In this document: piece after piece, positions 1 to 10,129 of the stretch
How the letters are laid out: the number at the start of each line of letters is the position of its first letter
How positions within the stretch are numbered: position 1 is the stretch's first letter
Source of the DNA: Candidatus Latescibacterota bacterium
GTDB lineage: Bacteria; Latescibacterota; UBA2968; UBA8231
DNA: 64,000 nucleotides
Assembly (NCBI GenBank): GCA_965208105.1
Contig: OZ242318.1
Span: forward strand, 992,001-1,056,000
Reading direction: 5' to 3'
Notes under the pieces: generated by a model
What the model was told of the DNA's origin: nothing
Databases searched by the model: none
What the model saw: the letters and a program-made list of their open reading frames with translations, nothing else
Program-made: the position numbers and the translations under genes

Positions 1-82
1 GGGCTACTTCTTCATCGTTCAGGATCTTTCCCAGCGACAGGTAGCCGTTCTCCTTGAAGAACTCGTAGTCCTTCTGTTTCAT
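1..82 (-). CDS. PhyH-family dioxygenase, N-terminus (runs off window edge)
   Basis: ATG at 82 after AGGAAG; MKQKDYEFFKENGYLSLGKILNDEEV matches the F..NGY start typical of PhyH proteins. Confidence 0.65.
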   Translation of the reverse strand, partial: MKQKDYEFFKENGYLSLGKILNDEEVA

Positions 83-148
83 AGCGCCTTCTTCCTATTG
101 GAAAAGTTGCCGTCGGAGCCACATCCGACGTCCACCGCACCTGTAGGT

Positions 149-904
149 TTAGAAGTTGGCCAGCGCCAGCTGTGTCGCCAGATTCGGACGACCGAACAAA
201 ACATCGTCCCCTTCCAACAAACGGCGCGGCACGATGGTGTGGTTGCTAAGAAAAGGTAAAGAGCAGTGTCCGTAATAGACATGAATGGTACGTCGCTCGC
301 GCGGGCTTCTCTTCACCACCCCGGCGTGACCGCTACCGGCATTGAAGAGAATCGCCGTACCAGCTTTCCCGTGAAGTTCCACACCCTGGGCTGGATCGGG
401 TGGGGGCGACTCGACGCGCTTGGCTTCAACGGCTTCGGGCATCACCGCGAGACAGTGGCTCTCCGAATCGACATCTGTCAGGTAGTAAACCAGGGAAAGC
501 GTCCTGAGGGCAAGGGGATGTTCGGGCCAGTGTTCGGTGTCACGGTGCCATCCGGCGGCGGGGGGTTCGACGGCCAGGGGCTCGCGTACCATTACCGACA
601 GCTCCTCGAAGCACAACTCGTCCCCCATCAGCGCCTCCACCAGCGAAAAAACCCCAGGATGGCGGATGGTGGCGTCGAAAGCGCGACTGCTCAGCAACAC
701 CGACACCGATTGGAAGCGCCCCGCTTCACCCCGGTCTGCCCACAATTGTGGATATGACGCCCGGTCGCGGTCGATGGCATGATTCAACTCGGCCACTTCC
801 GTCGGCGACAAGCTGTCGGGGACGAGGCAGTAGCCATGGGTGCGGAAGAACGACAGGTGGTCGTTCAGGCAACCATGTTGCAGCTCGACGTTTGACTTGG
901 TCAT
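149..904 (-). CDS. Phytanoyl-CoA dioxygenase (PhyH) family protein
   Basis: FRTHGY, WHRD, GTAILFN..SGH and RRT motifs. Confidence 0.85.
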   Translation of the reverse strand: MTKSNVELQHGCLNDHLSFFRTHGYCLVPDSLSPTEVAELNHAIDRDRASYPQLWADRGEAGRFQSVSVLLSSRAFDATIRHPGVFSLVEALMGDELCFEELSVMVREPLAVEPPAAGWHRDTEHWPEHPLALRTLSLVYYLTDVDSESHCLAVMPEAVEAKRVESPPPDPAQGVELHGKAGTAILFNAGSGHAGVVKRSPRERRTIHVYYGHCSLPFLSNHTIVPRRLLEGDDVLFGRPNLATQLALANF

Positions 905-927
905 GCTACGCCATCGTCTCGTTGTAA

Positions 928-1190
928 TCAGTCGGCGCCCACATACAATAGCGCGCAATCGAGTGCGATCGGTTTCCCCGCAGCGCCAGCCCGCATGTTC
1001 AGGCTGACTTCGAGCCTGTTCTCACCATGGACGACCCGATCGCGCTGCACTTCGCACTCCAGCCAGTGGCCGGCGGGCGCCGCGTCCAGCGTCTTCTGCG
1101 GCCGCAGGTCGTTCAATGCGACGCCACTGGTGGTGTTGACACTTGTCCGGAATATCTGTATACACTGAATATACACAGTAGAACAGCACA
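928..1190 (-). pseudogene. C-terminal fragment of an unknown protein (possibly a glycosidase accessory domain)
   Basis: GHWLECEV..DRVVHGENRLEVSL looks like coding sequence but has no credible start; the boundary is approximate. Confidence 0.3.
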
Positions 1191-1243
1191 TCAAAACAAG
1201 GCCCGGGTCGTCCAATGCTGCTGCACCTTTCCAAGGCCGCTCG

Positions 1244-2122
1244 ATGATCACACCGCAGCAGAAGTCCCGCTTCTACGACTTTGGGTTCATCCGCTTGAGG
1301 CAGCTGTTTTCCGCCGAGGAGATGGAGTCACTCAGCCACGAAGTGGACAGGCTGTTCGCGGAGCAGAGGGGAGGTGGACCGCCGGGAGAGAACCAGGGCG
1401 TTGAGGACATTATAGAGAAGAGCCCTGTGGCGACGCGGATGCTCATCGACGACCGGATATTCGGCACGGTCGAGGAGCTGCTGGGACCGCGTTTTGTCTG
1501 GAACGGGTCTGGCGGCAGCCTGTCCTATACGGGGGTAACCGGTACGGGCGAGCATCGATGGCACTCGGATCGACCCGGCGAGCCTCACTGCACTACCTAC
1601 AGTTTCCACCTCTACCTGGAGAGGCTCAGGGGCGACACCGGGGCGCTTCGTGTCATTCCGGGATCACACAAGCCCTCCCTTTATGACGACCTCCTTCCGC
1701 TCAACGAGCAGGAAGAGGACACCACTCGAAAGGTCTACGGGCTCAGCCCCACGGATATCCCGGGTGTTGTCGTTGAATCCGACCCGGGTGATATCGTCTT
1801 CTTCACCCAGAAGATCTACCACGGGGTGTACGGCATGCAGCCCGGCCGGCGCTATCTCAAGCTGCGTTTCGCCGCATGGCCGGAGACGGACGAAGAGATC
1901 GCGTCCTTCATGCGGTACAACCACAGGGGCAGCATCTACGATCCCGTCGAGCCCTTTGCAAGCAGCGACAACCCCCGCATCAGGGCCATGATCGAGCCGC
2001 TCGCGGAACTGAAGGCCAGGACCGAGGCCGAGCGGGAACATTTCGACGCCCTCGGCGCGCGCCAGTCGTACGCAGAACGGTACGAGATGGCGAAGCAGCG
2101 ATACGAGCCCGTCTTCCGCTGA
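1244..2122 (+). CDS. PhyH-family dioxygenase
   Basis: FYDFGF, WHSD, GALRVIPGSH, PGDIVFF..IYHG. Confidence 0.88.
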   Translation: MITPQQKSRFYDFGFIRLRQLFSAEEMESLSHEVDRLFAEQRGGGPPGENQGVEDIIEKSPVATRMLIDDRIFGTVEELLGPRFVWNGSGGSLSYTGVTGTGEHRWHSDRPGEPHCTTYSFHLYLERLRGDTGALRVIPGSHKPSLYDDLLPLNEQEEDTTRKVYGLSPTDIPGVVVESDPGDIVFFTQKIYHGVYGMQPGRRYLKLRFAAWPETDEEIASFMRYNHRGSIYDPVEPFASSDNPRIRAMIEPLAELKARTEAEREHFDALGARQSYAERYEMAKQRYEPVFR

Positions 2123-2149
2123 CCCGGGGACGAATCGACAGCTCTGCTC

Positions 2150-3616
2150 CTATCTGAACCTCAGGGAGTAGAGATATGCGTCCTTCATCACGAAGCGCAA
2201 GCGGACCGGCTTGCCAGCGAGCGGTCCCACATCCTGGTTCCCCTTCCAGGTGACGACCCGCTCGATCTCATTTCCTATGAGTTGGTCCGAGTCGCCGAGG
2301 GCATAGCCGGTAATCGGCCGGCCACCTGGACTCTGGATTTCCACCCGGAGGCCCCCGGGAGCAGAGGTCGAGAAGTTTACCACCAGTTCGCTTCCACTGA
2401 ATCTCAGAGTTCGGGTCAGAAACTCTCCGCCCCCAAAAGGTGCATTTACCGACACCAGGCCGTCTGTTCTCAGCGTGTATCGCCTGAGCTCGTGGCCAGG
2501 TTGGCCGTACCTGTGCTGGACGTAGAGGGAGATTTCCTCAGTTCCTGTGGGGACCAGATTCAGCGCAGGGTAGTTGGTACGGGATGTCCAGTTTTGCAGA
2601 CCGATGCCCGGGCGCATGAAAGCCTCCAGGAAGGTACGCTGGTAGCGGGTTCCGCCCCGGCTCGTGAGAAGGACAGCATCCGAGCAGTCGTGGAAATACT
2701 TGGGGTCAACCTGGAGCTTCTGCGCCTGCTCTTCACTCACCACCTGGCGGTCTGGCAGGAAACGCGCAGCCACGCCGAGGTAGATGTGGGGAGCCCGGAA
2801 GTAGGGGCTGGTCTGATTGGTGTAGATGTGCTCCAGCGGATCGTCCCTGGGGTCCATCATCTGAACCGGAGTCCAGTTGAGGAAATCCTCGGAGGTGGTA
2901 CGACCGACCCAGCGCACGTTCCCTGTCCAACCCTCGTAGTGGGGAGGTTCCTTCGGATCCTTTCTCCACGCCCGAACGTAGCAGACGTAGCAACCTTCGT
3001 GTGGCGACCAGAAGGCCGGGCTGGGAGTGGTGTCGGTGAATTCGTGGAGCGAGGAACCGATCAGTGGTTCCTGCTGGATCATACTCCATCGGATCCCGTC
3101 CGCGGAGGTGAAGCCCAGGAGGCCGTTGCTGAAGCGCTGCTCCTCGGATATGGGGAACATGCCCCCCAGTCCCTTGTATCTCTGGGAGGAAGGAATCCCT
3201 GGTCGAGTGTCCAGGAACGCGATGAAGTTGTGGGGTACGGGCGCATACTCGGAGTCCAGAACGACGTTGTTCTTCCGCGTCCCTGCGACCTCGAACAGTC
3301 CCAGATCGGGCTTCTCCCAGTGGATCCCGTCACGGCTCTCGGCGTAACAGGTCACCTCGTCAAGGCTTCCGTCCGGCCTGGCGATGGGTATTCCCCGGTA
3401 GTACATCCGGTAAATGTCGCCGTCGTGGAGGACGGTCACGTAGCCACAGAAGGCACCCTCCCAGGGCCGATCGAACCTCAGGGCCACTTCTGCCGGACGA
3501 GGGTGGTGGAGGACTAGCCGAGTCCCAAGCAGCTCGTCTACCAGGAAGTCATCAACGAACAGCTCCAATCGGGAGCCGATGTCCAGGGAATCCTCGCCGC
3601 TGGTCTGCTTTGCCAA
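2150..3616 (-). CDS. Five-bladed beta-propeller glycosidase-like protein
   Basis: LELFVDD start, YRMYY, YAESRDGIHWEKPDLG, SADGIRW, C-terminal LRTDG...VRLRF..DA.LYS. Confidence 0.7.
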   Translation of the reverse strand: MAKQTSGEDSLDIGSRLELFVDDFLVDELLGTRLVLHHPRPAEVALRFDRPWEGAFCGYVTVLHDGDIYRMYYRGIPIARPDGSLDEVTCYAESRDGIHWEKPDLGLFEVAGTRKNNVVLDSEYAPVPHNFIAFLDTRPGIPSSQRYKGLGGMFPISEEQRFSNGLLGFTSADGIRWSMIQQEPLIGSSLHEFTDTTPSPAFWSPHEGCYVCYVRAWRKDPKEPPHYEGWTGNVRWVGRTTSEDFLNWTPVQMMDPRDDPLEHIYTNQTSPYFRAPHIYLGVAARFLPDRQVVSEEQAQKLQVDPKYFHDCSDAVLLTSRGGTRYQRTFLEAFMRPGIGLQNWTSRTNYPALNLVPTGTEEISLYVQHRYGQPGHELRRYTLRTDGLVSVNAPFGGGEFLTRTLRFSGSELVVNFSTSAPGGLRVEIQSPGGRPITGYALGDSDQLIGNEIERVVTWKGNQDVGPLAGKPVRLRFVMKDAYLYSLRFR

Positions 3617-3687
3617 GACGTTCTCCGTTGCCCCAGTAGTCGCGATTGTATTCGTTGTGGTTGGAATAAATCAGAACGCCGGAATGT

Positions 3688-5112
3688 TCAGCACCGGCTG
3701 GAGGCAAACTGGAAGCTGTACAGTTGGGCATCCTTGAGGTAGAAACGCAACCGCACCGGTTTGCCCCGCAGTGTAGCCAACGATGCGTCTCCTCGCCATT
3801 CTACTGAATGCCGTACGCTGTCCCCGCTGAAAGGCACACACTCAGCCTTACCTAGTTCGGCAAAGGGCGAGCCATCCAGGTCCAGGACTTCGACCCTCAA
3901 CACACCCTGGCCGGCCTGGGCATTCACGACCAACGCATCCCCACCCGCAACCAGCGGTCGAGTCGTCAACCGCCCCTCATCCGGCCCGGCATCGACCGAG
4001 ACAAAGCCGTCCAGACGCAGCCTTCCCAGTCCGAGGGCACCACCTCGCCGTGGTTCGTCGCTGCCCCACGGTTCGCAGTACCAGTAAGAACCGTGGTCGC
4101 CATCATGGCCATCGTAGTAAATGTATATCTCATCGCCCACTATCACGGGCCGGCTGGCGGCATGCAGGTAAGCACCATCGAAACTCTCCTGGGGTCCGAT
4201 AGGGATCAGCGGCATACGGCTGAAGGCTCGCTCCCAGTGGATGCTGTCGCGGCTGTGTACCAGTTGCGCATGGATGCCGCCGTAATGGGTGCCGCCGGGC
4301 ACTTTGCCCGTCACGCGAAACGCCCACAGCAGTCCCAGGTACATGCCGGCATACGGAAAACCGCACATGCCGTAAAACTGGGTGTGATGGCCGGGGCGAC
4401 CCAGGGTCCAGCCTTCATCCTCGTCGTCAGGCCGCAGTATGAGTTGTGGATCGCTCCAATGCACGAAATCCTGGCTGGTCCCGCGTCCTACAAGCCGGCG
4501 CCGGTAACCCTCGTATTCTTCGTTCACCTTGGCGAAACTGATGTATTGCCCGGCTAGTTCATCGTAGATGGTCGGCGCCACGTCGCCACTGATGCGCCAC
4601 ACCGGGTTGTCTGGATAGTCCGTCCAGTGAATGCCATCGGCTGAGAAGGCGACCTGGTAACCGCCCGTGTCCCAGGCGAGCATCTTGTAGCGTCGGCGAT
4701 CATCCGGCTCCTGGTGTGGGGGCACGTAGACGACGCTCTGCAACCAGCGCCCACTGTCAAATATGTTGTTGGCCAGCGAACCTTTGTAGGGAATCAACCC
4801 CAGATCGGGTTTGTCCCAGTCGATACCGTTGGGGGAGGTTGCATAACACGACTGAACCGTGTACCGCGACTTGGCGCCAGGACGGCTGCGGGCATCCTGA
4901 TTGTCGCCGGCAACATACCAGGCCTTGAAGAGGCTCTCCGCCGCGTCCCAGATCACGGTGGTGTACTCAATGGAAGTGCCTTCCGGCCCAGGACGCAAAA
5001 CCGGGTTGTCGGGATGTTTCCGGACGGCGTGCAAGGACCGCGTGAGTCCCTCTATCTCCTCGACGACGTAGTCATCCACGAACAATTGTGGGATTTGATC
5101 GATGTGCAGCAT
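3688..5112 (-). CDS. Five-bladed beta-propeller glycosidase-like protein (paralog of 2150-3616)
   Basis: QLFVDD, KHPDNPVL, ATSPNGIDWDKPDLG, SRDSIHW, LRLDGFVS; start taken at ATG 5112. Confidence 0.7.
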   Translation of the reverse strand: MLHIDQIPQLFVDDYVVEEIEGLTRSLHAVRKHPDNPVLRPGPEGTSIEYTTVIWDAAESLFKAWYVAGDNQDARSRPGAKSRYTVQSCYATSPNGIDWDKPDLGLIPYKGSLANNIFDSGRWLQSVVYVPPHQEPDDRRRYKMLAWDTGGYQVAFSADGIHWTDYPDNPVWRISGDVAPTIYDELAGQYISFAKVNEEYEGYRRRLVGRGTSQDFVHWSDPQLILRPDDEDEGWTLGRPGHHTQFYGMCGFPYAGMYLGLLWAFRVTGKVPGGTHYGGIHAQLVHSRDSIHWERAFSRMPLIPIGPQESFDGAYLHAASRPVIVGDEIYIYYDGHDGDHGSYWYCEPWGSDEPRRGGALGLGRLRLDGFVSVDAGPDEGRLTTRPLVAGGDALVVNAQAGQGVLRVEVLDLDGSPFAELGKAECVPFSGDSVRHSVEWRGDASLATLRGKPVRLRFYLKDAQLYSFQFASSRC

Positions 5113-5484
5113 TTGGGTTGAGGAACTCCTGCGGTTCAATGAGGAGCGGATTCTGCGGGACGGGTTCAACCTGGATTTCCACGGTCGGCACCACAGGGTG
5201 ATAAGAAGGCCACACCAATCCTGGCTGCGCAAATCATTTTTATTGGGAATCGCCAGCTTGAAGTATAGAAACGGCATTATCACTAATAGCGGCAAGTAGG
5301 CGAATTCGTGGCGGGCGATTTATTGGGTCGTTAGGCGGCCGGCGCCCAAGAGAAGCAGGGATTGCCCGCGCTGAGCAATCACACGATATTTCCGGGACGT
5401 CTGTCCGCGGGCCGGACGCCGATAATACGACAGTCTGAATCGAGGAAGTCAGGAAGTCCACAACCTGTTTGAATAGGCCACGTC

Positions 5485-6372
5485 ATGGAATCTCGCACGC
5501 TCGGAAACACAGACCTGGAAGTTACGCGACTCGCATTCGGCGGTGCGCGGATCGGTTTCGAAGACGTAAGGGAGGAGCAAGTCGATGAGCTCTTGAACGG
5601 CTTCCTGGACGCCGGTGCGACGTTACTCGACACGGCGGCATGCTACGGCGAGTCGGAAGAACTGATCGGGAGATTCGTCAGTGGTCGACGGGATGAATTC
5701 GTCCTCGCCTCGAAGTGCGGCCACGTCACCGGAGACGCTACCGGTGAACCGTGGACGGCGGGTCTCATTCGAGAAAGCATCGACCGCTCGCTCGTCCGGA
5801 TGAAAACGGACCGGATCGACCTGATGCAGCTGCACAGTTGTTCCCTCGACGTCCTGAAGGCAGGCGAGGCGGTAGAAGCCGTTCTCACAGCGAAAGAAGA
5901 GGGTAAGGTCCGTTACGTTGGTTACAGCGGTGACGGAGAGGATGCCCTCGAGGCGATCCGAATGGGCGTCTTCTCGACCCTTCAGACTTCCTTTAACCTC
6001 GTCGACCAGAAGGCGCGATACGAGATTCTTCCCGCAGCCATGGAAGCGGGAATGGGCGTAATCGCCAAACGACCGATCGCCAACGGCGCCTTCGGGAAAT
6101 CGGCGTCTCCGTACAGCTACGCCGACGCCTATTGGGACCGCTCCAGGCAGATCACCCTACCTGACGGCGCCCCGGAAAGCGGCATCGAACTGGCGCTGCG
6201 CTTCACCCTCTCCAACGACGCAATCGACACCGCCATCGTGGGAACGACCAGGTTGGAAAACGCCAAAGCGAACATTGAAGCGGCATCCGCCGGGCCGCTT
6301 CCCGAAGAGGTCGTCGATTCGCTTCTGTCCCAGTTCGACGAACTCGGCGCCGACTGGAATCAGCGGACGTGA
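5485..6372 (+). CDS. Aldo/keto reductase
   Basis: LGNTDLEV, DTAACYG.SEELIG, ASKCG, SL.RMKTDRIDLMQLH. Confidence 0.92.
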   Translation: MESRTLGNTDLEVTRLAFGGARIGFEDVREEQVDELLNGFLDAGATLLDTAACYGESEELIGRFVSGRRDEFVLASKCGHVTGDATGEPWTAGLIRESIDRSLVRMKTDRIDLMQLHSCSLDVLKAGEAVEAVLTAKEEGKVRYVGYSGDGEDALEAIRMGVFSTLQTSFNLVDQKARYEILPAAMEAGMGVIAKRPIANGAFGKSASPYSYADAYWDRSRQITLPDGAPESGIELALRFTLSNDAIDTAIVGTTRLENAKANIEAASAGPLPEEVVDSLLSQFDELGADWNQRT

Positions 6373-6431
6373 TGACAACGGGCACGAGCCGGCTGCTTCG
6401 AATCCGCAAATAGCGCACCGCAACCTGATCC

Positions 6432-7127
6432 GTGCAGATCCTACCCGACATCTACCTCCTCGACGGTTTCGCCTACGCAAACCACCCGAATTTCTATCTC
6501 GTGGTCGGGCCGGAAGGCAACGTCATAGTAGATGCGGGAACGCTCCCCGAAGAGCTCGAACGTGCCGATGCACGCGCCGGGACCTGGGGCATCTCGCTCG
6601 ACCAGGTAGGCGGGCTCCTGCTGACCCACAGCCATTACGATCACATTGGGAATGCCGCCGCGATTCGAGAGCGAGGCGCTGCGGTCTTTGCGGGTCCGAG
6701 CGACGCGGAGGGCATCGAACTCTCCGACAATCGAACGGTCCCATACGCAGCGGGATTCGACCTACTGCCCTGCAAGGTCGATCACGTGGTCTCGGACGGC
6801 GAGAGTATCGACATCTGCGGACTGCGCTTCGACGTCATTCACGCGCCCGGTCACACGGACGGATGCATCATCTATCAGCTGGAGCACCGGGGCAAAATCG
6901 TCTGGTTCGTCGGCGACGTCGTAATGTCGAAGGACACCGCATTCACTCCGGAGCTCGGATGGCAGGGAGGCGAGGACTGCGACAAACCGACGTATATTGC
7001 GTCGCTCAAGAAACTCGCGGCCATGGAGGTGGACTGCATTCTGGCAGGACACTACTTGCCGTATCTCGAGCAGGGGAAACGGTTGGTCGGACGGGCGTAT
7101 GTGAAGGCGCTGTGTGAGTGGCGATAA
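6432..7127 (+). CDS. MBL-fold metallo-hydrolase
   Basis: THSHYDH, PGHT, GD and AGH metal-binding motifs. Confidence 0.88.
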   Translation: MQILPDIYLLDGFAYANHPNFYLVVGPEGNVIVDAGTLPEELERADARAGTWGISLDQVGGLLLTHSHYDHIGNAAAIRERGAAVFAGPSDAEGIELSDNRTVPYAAGFDLLPCKVDHVVSDGESIDICGLRFDVIHAPGHTDGCIIYQLEHRGKIVWFVGDVVMSKDTAFTPELGWQGGEDCDKPTYIASLKKLAAMEVDCILAGHYLPYLEQGKRLVGRAYVKALCEWR

Positions 7128-7152
7128 TGGCGGGAGGGGTTGATTGACGGCG

Positions 7153-7916
7153 TCAGCCGCCCAGAGTCTGAATCCGGCCAGGGGAACTCTTGCGCCAGTC
7201 TTCCCAGCTTGCACCCGAGCCTTTTCCCTGCACAACAAGAGACGGCTTTTTCGACTTCCTCATTTTTTCCGCCAGGAATTTCTCCGCCTCCCTCTCCTCA
7301 TCGGATAGGATTCGGCAGGCCGGGTTTGCCATGAACCGGATGTCTACATTCCATCGGGCCCTCTGGGTACGGTTTTCTCTGGAGGAGTGAAATGTGAGAT
7401 TGTGAAACAGGAGGATGTCCCGGGTCTTCATCGGAATCGAGATTGGTTCGCCGCGTTTTTCCACGTTCTCTCGTGTCCTCATCTTCTGCTCGTGGTCTCT
7501 GGCGCCATGTAGTAATCCCCACCGATGGCTGCCGGGGATGATCCAAAGGCAACCGTTCGATTCGTCCACGTCCACAAGGGGAATCCAAACCGTAACGATG
7601 TCCAGATGCTGCGTGATCTCCCCATAGTACTGGGTATCCTGATGCCAGGGCAGGTTGCTCAACTCGTCATGAAACCGCGCGGGCTGTTTGCAACGCAGCT
7701 GACAGCCTCCGTTGAACAGAATCTCTGGACCCACCAGAGGCGAAAGCACATTCAAGAGGCGTGGACTGGTGACGATCGAATGGAGTTCCGGACCGAAGAA
7801 ATAGTCAGCCGGTCCGCACATCTGATCAGGACCGAGAGATCCTCCGGTTCCAGCGCCTGGGGAACCTTCAGGTATCCATTGGACTCGAATTCGGACTTGA
7901 GGTCCGGTGGCATCAT
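7153..7916 (-). pseudogene. Frameshifted PhyH-family dioxygenase
   Basis: N-terminus MMPPDLKSEFESNGYLKV is in a different frame from the PWHQD/GCLWIIPGSH core; frame change near 7805. Confidence 0.7.
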
Positions 7917-7983
7917 CGGGTTCTCTTTGGCGCAACAGCGTGCGCCGCGTGCGACAGGCAGCAGACCACCCATCCAGGACGAT

Positions 7984-8967
7984 TCAGGTGTCCACCCGGT
8001 ATAGCGGTTCCAGGCCGTCGGCAATCCGGTCGAGATTTTCTGCCACAATAAGGGCCCGATTGCGGATAGTGCCGTCCGTGCAACCCGCGATGTGTGGTGT
8101 GACCAGCAGATTGGGTAATCGAAAGGCCGGATGGTTCGGATCAGGCGGTTCCTCGGCAAATACGTCCAGGCCGGCTCCCGCAATCTTTCCATCCGCCAGC
8201 GCCTCGAACAATGCGCCCTGATCGACCAGCCCGCCGCGGCCCACGTTGATCAAATACGCATCCTGCTTCATCAACCCGATCCGTCTCGCGCTCATGATCT
8301 GTCGAGTGTTGTCGTTGAGAGCAAGGTGCAGCGAGACGAAATCACATTCGCCGATGACCTGGTCCAAATCGTCCATGGTGCCGGAGAAGACCACAGAAAT
8401 TTCCTCGATCACTTCTCGCTTGATCGGGCTGCGATTGATGGTGTGGATCTCCATGTCGAATGAGCGGGCCCGGCGCGCCAATGCCTGTCCGCTGGCCCCG
8501 AAGCCGATGATGCCCAGCTTGAGCTCGGCCAGTTCCTTGCCCACCGGTTGCCACCATGCTTTCGAGTTGAAAAAGTTATCCTGACAGCCGTTGTAGTCTC
8601 GCGTCAGCATTAGAATGAACATCATGGCGCATTCTGCCAGCGCCTTGCTGGAGGTATCACCCGGACAATTGCATGTGGGGATACCCTTGGCCTTCAGAGC
8701 CGTCAACGGGACCTCATCGAAACCCGTCTTGACAACCTGCCAGAGTTTCAGATCCGTGGCGGCCTCGACCATCTGCTGGCTGTTCTCTATCAACTCGTCA
8801 TCGATCACCGCGTCCATCCCTTTGATCTGGTCCGCAGCGGGCTGTGACGGATCGAAGAACCGGAGATCATGACGATGACGTAATGCCTTCTCAATGTACG
8901 GGGCCAAAGGGAAGTAGTGATCTTTGTTGTTCCGGTCGGCCAAATAGAGAACGTTCATGCTACCCAT
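7984..8967 (-). CDS. D-isomer-specific 2-hydroxyacid dehydrogenase
   Basis: GIIGFGASG, INVGRG, GAGLDVF.EEP, TPHIAG. Confidence 0.92.
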   Translation of the reverse strand: MGSMNVLYLADRNNKDHYFPLAPYIEKALRHRHDLRFFDPSQPAADQIKGMDAVIDDELIENSQQMVEAATDLKLWQVVKTGFDEVPLTALKAKGIPTCNCPGDTSSKALAECAMMFILMLTRDYNGCQDNFFNSKAWWQPVGKELAELKLGIIGFGASGQALARRARSFDMEIHTINRSPIKREVIEEISVVFSGTMDDLDQVIGECDFVSLHLALNDNTRQIMSARRIGLMKQDAYLINVGRGGLVDQGALFEALADGKIAGAGLDVFAEEPPDPNHPAFRLPNLLVTPHIAGCTDGTIRNRALIVAENLDRIADGLEPLYRVDT

Positions 8968-9116
8968 CGTTTCATCGTCTTTCTATTGAGATGCCATTCA
9001 GTTGGTTACACGCCGGGAATTGCCACGTTCAGCTCGGCCGCGATCTCCGCATCGTGAGCTGGGAGACCTATCCCCGCAAGGATGCCGCAACCGAATGAAC
9101 TGACCTGCCCCCACGA

Positions 9117-9992
9117 ATGGTGCCAAACATTAAGTTAGTGCTGGCATCACAAGTGGTCCATCCCACTTCCTCCGACATCTTTACCTACGGACTCTGCGAA
9201 CCGCATGGACCGCAAAACACGGTCGGACTGGATGCGCTGAAGGCACATGCAATCGCTTGCCGTGCAGCCCATGCGCACGGCGGCATCGTCGCACCGCCCG
9301 ACTATTGGCACATCCATGAACAGGGCACGTATGCGAATTGGGCATACCGGAATGTCGGCGAAGCACGGAGCTGGCTCACCGCCATGCCAGCATGGCAACA
9401 TTTCAAAAATGTCTGCTATCACGTCCGCGCCGCCGATGCCCTCGGATTCCACGCAGCCATCTTCCTCACCGGACACAACGGACCGAATTGGCAGGACCTC
9501 AAGACCCTCCTGTCTTTGGTCCAACCGCACTTCGCCATGCGGCTTTACGGACTTCCTGACTTCGAGGCGAATACGCCGGGGTTTGACCGTCAGGGTAACG
9601 GCGGCGATCATGCGGGCAGAGTCGAGACCTCACTCCTCTGGGCATTGGACCCGGAATGCGTTGACATGTCGCGAATGCCTGCAGCGGACGCAGAAGGTCC
9701 ACACTTTGCGATGGGCGCAAACGCCGTCGACTCAGACCGGCGCATTGGCGAGCGCATGGTGAACGACGAAGTTGCATGGCTCGGGAAAAAGATGCAGGAA
9801 CTATTGGAGGTTTACGCACAGCAAAACACTACCGAACGCCAATCTGTAACTTTCGAGGAAGTCGAGCAGATTTGGACAAAGACCGTATCACCCGCATTGA
9901 AGACCTTTGAGACAATGAAAAATCCGGACGAATCGCCACCCGAAGATTCACAATGGTTCCGACAGTGCGAACTTCCTATTTCCGCAATGTAG
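9117..9992 (+). CDS. Creatininase-family protein (N-terminus possibly truncated)
   Basis: GLCEPHG..GLD, TGHNG, DHAGRVETS motifs; the start region is atypical. Confidence 0.72.
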   Translation: MVPNIKLVLASQVVHPTSSDIFTYGLCEPHGPQNTVGLDALKAHAIACRAAHAHGGIVAPPDYWHIHEQGTYANWAYRNVGEARSWLTAMPAWQHFKNVCYHVRAADALGFHAAIFLTGHNGPNWQDLKTLLSLVQPHFAMRLYGLPDFEANTPGFDRQGNGGDHAGRVETSLLWALDPECVDMSRMPAADAEGPHFAMGANAVDSDRRIGERMVNDEVAWLGKKMQELLEVYAQQNTTERQSVTFEEVEQIWTKTVSPALKTFETMKNPDESPPEDSQWFRQCELPISAM

Positions 9993-10129
9993 TTGGAGCA
10001 AACGCTTTTTGACCCGCCGACCGCTACTCCAACATCACACCCTTCACCATCGGACCAATCGTCGTCTTTCCTTCCTCGTGGATGTAGCGTTCTTCCCCGG
10101 CAACGGGCATCCGATTCTGCACGGCTGAT

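Noticed and set aside
9992-10033. GTTGGAG..CTCCAAC inverted repeat after the creatininase gene
   Set aside because: Short stem, long loop and no U-tract; too weak to call a terminator.
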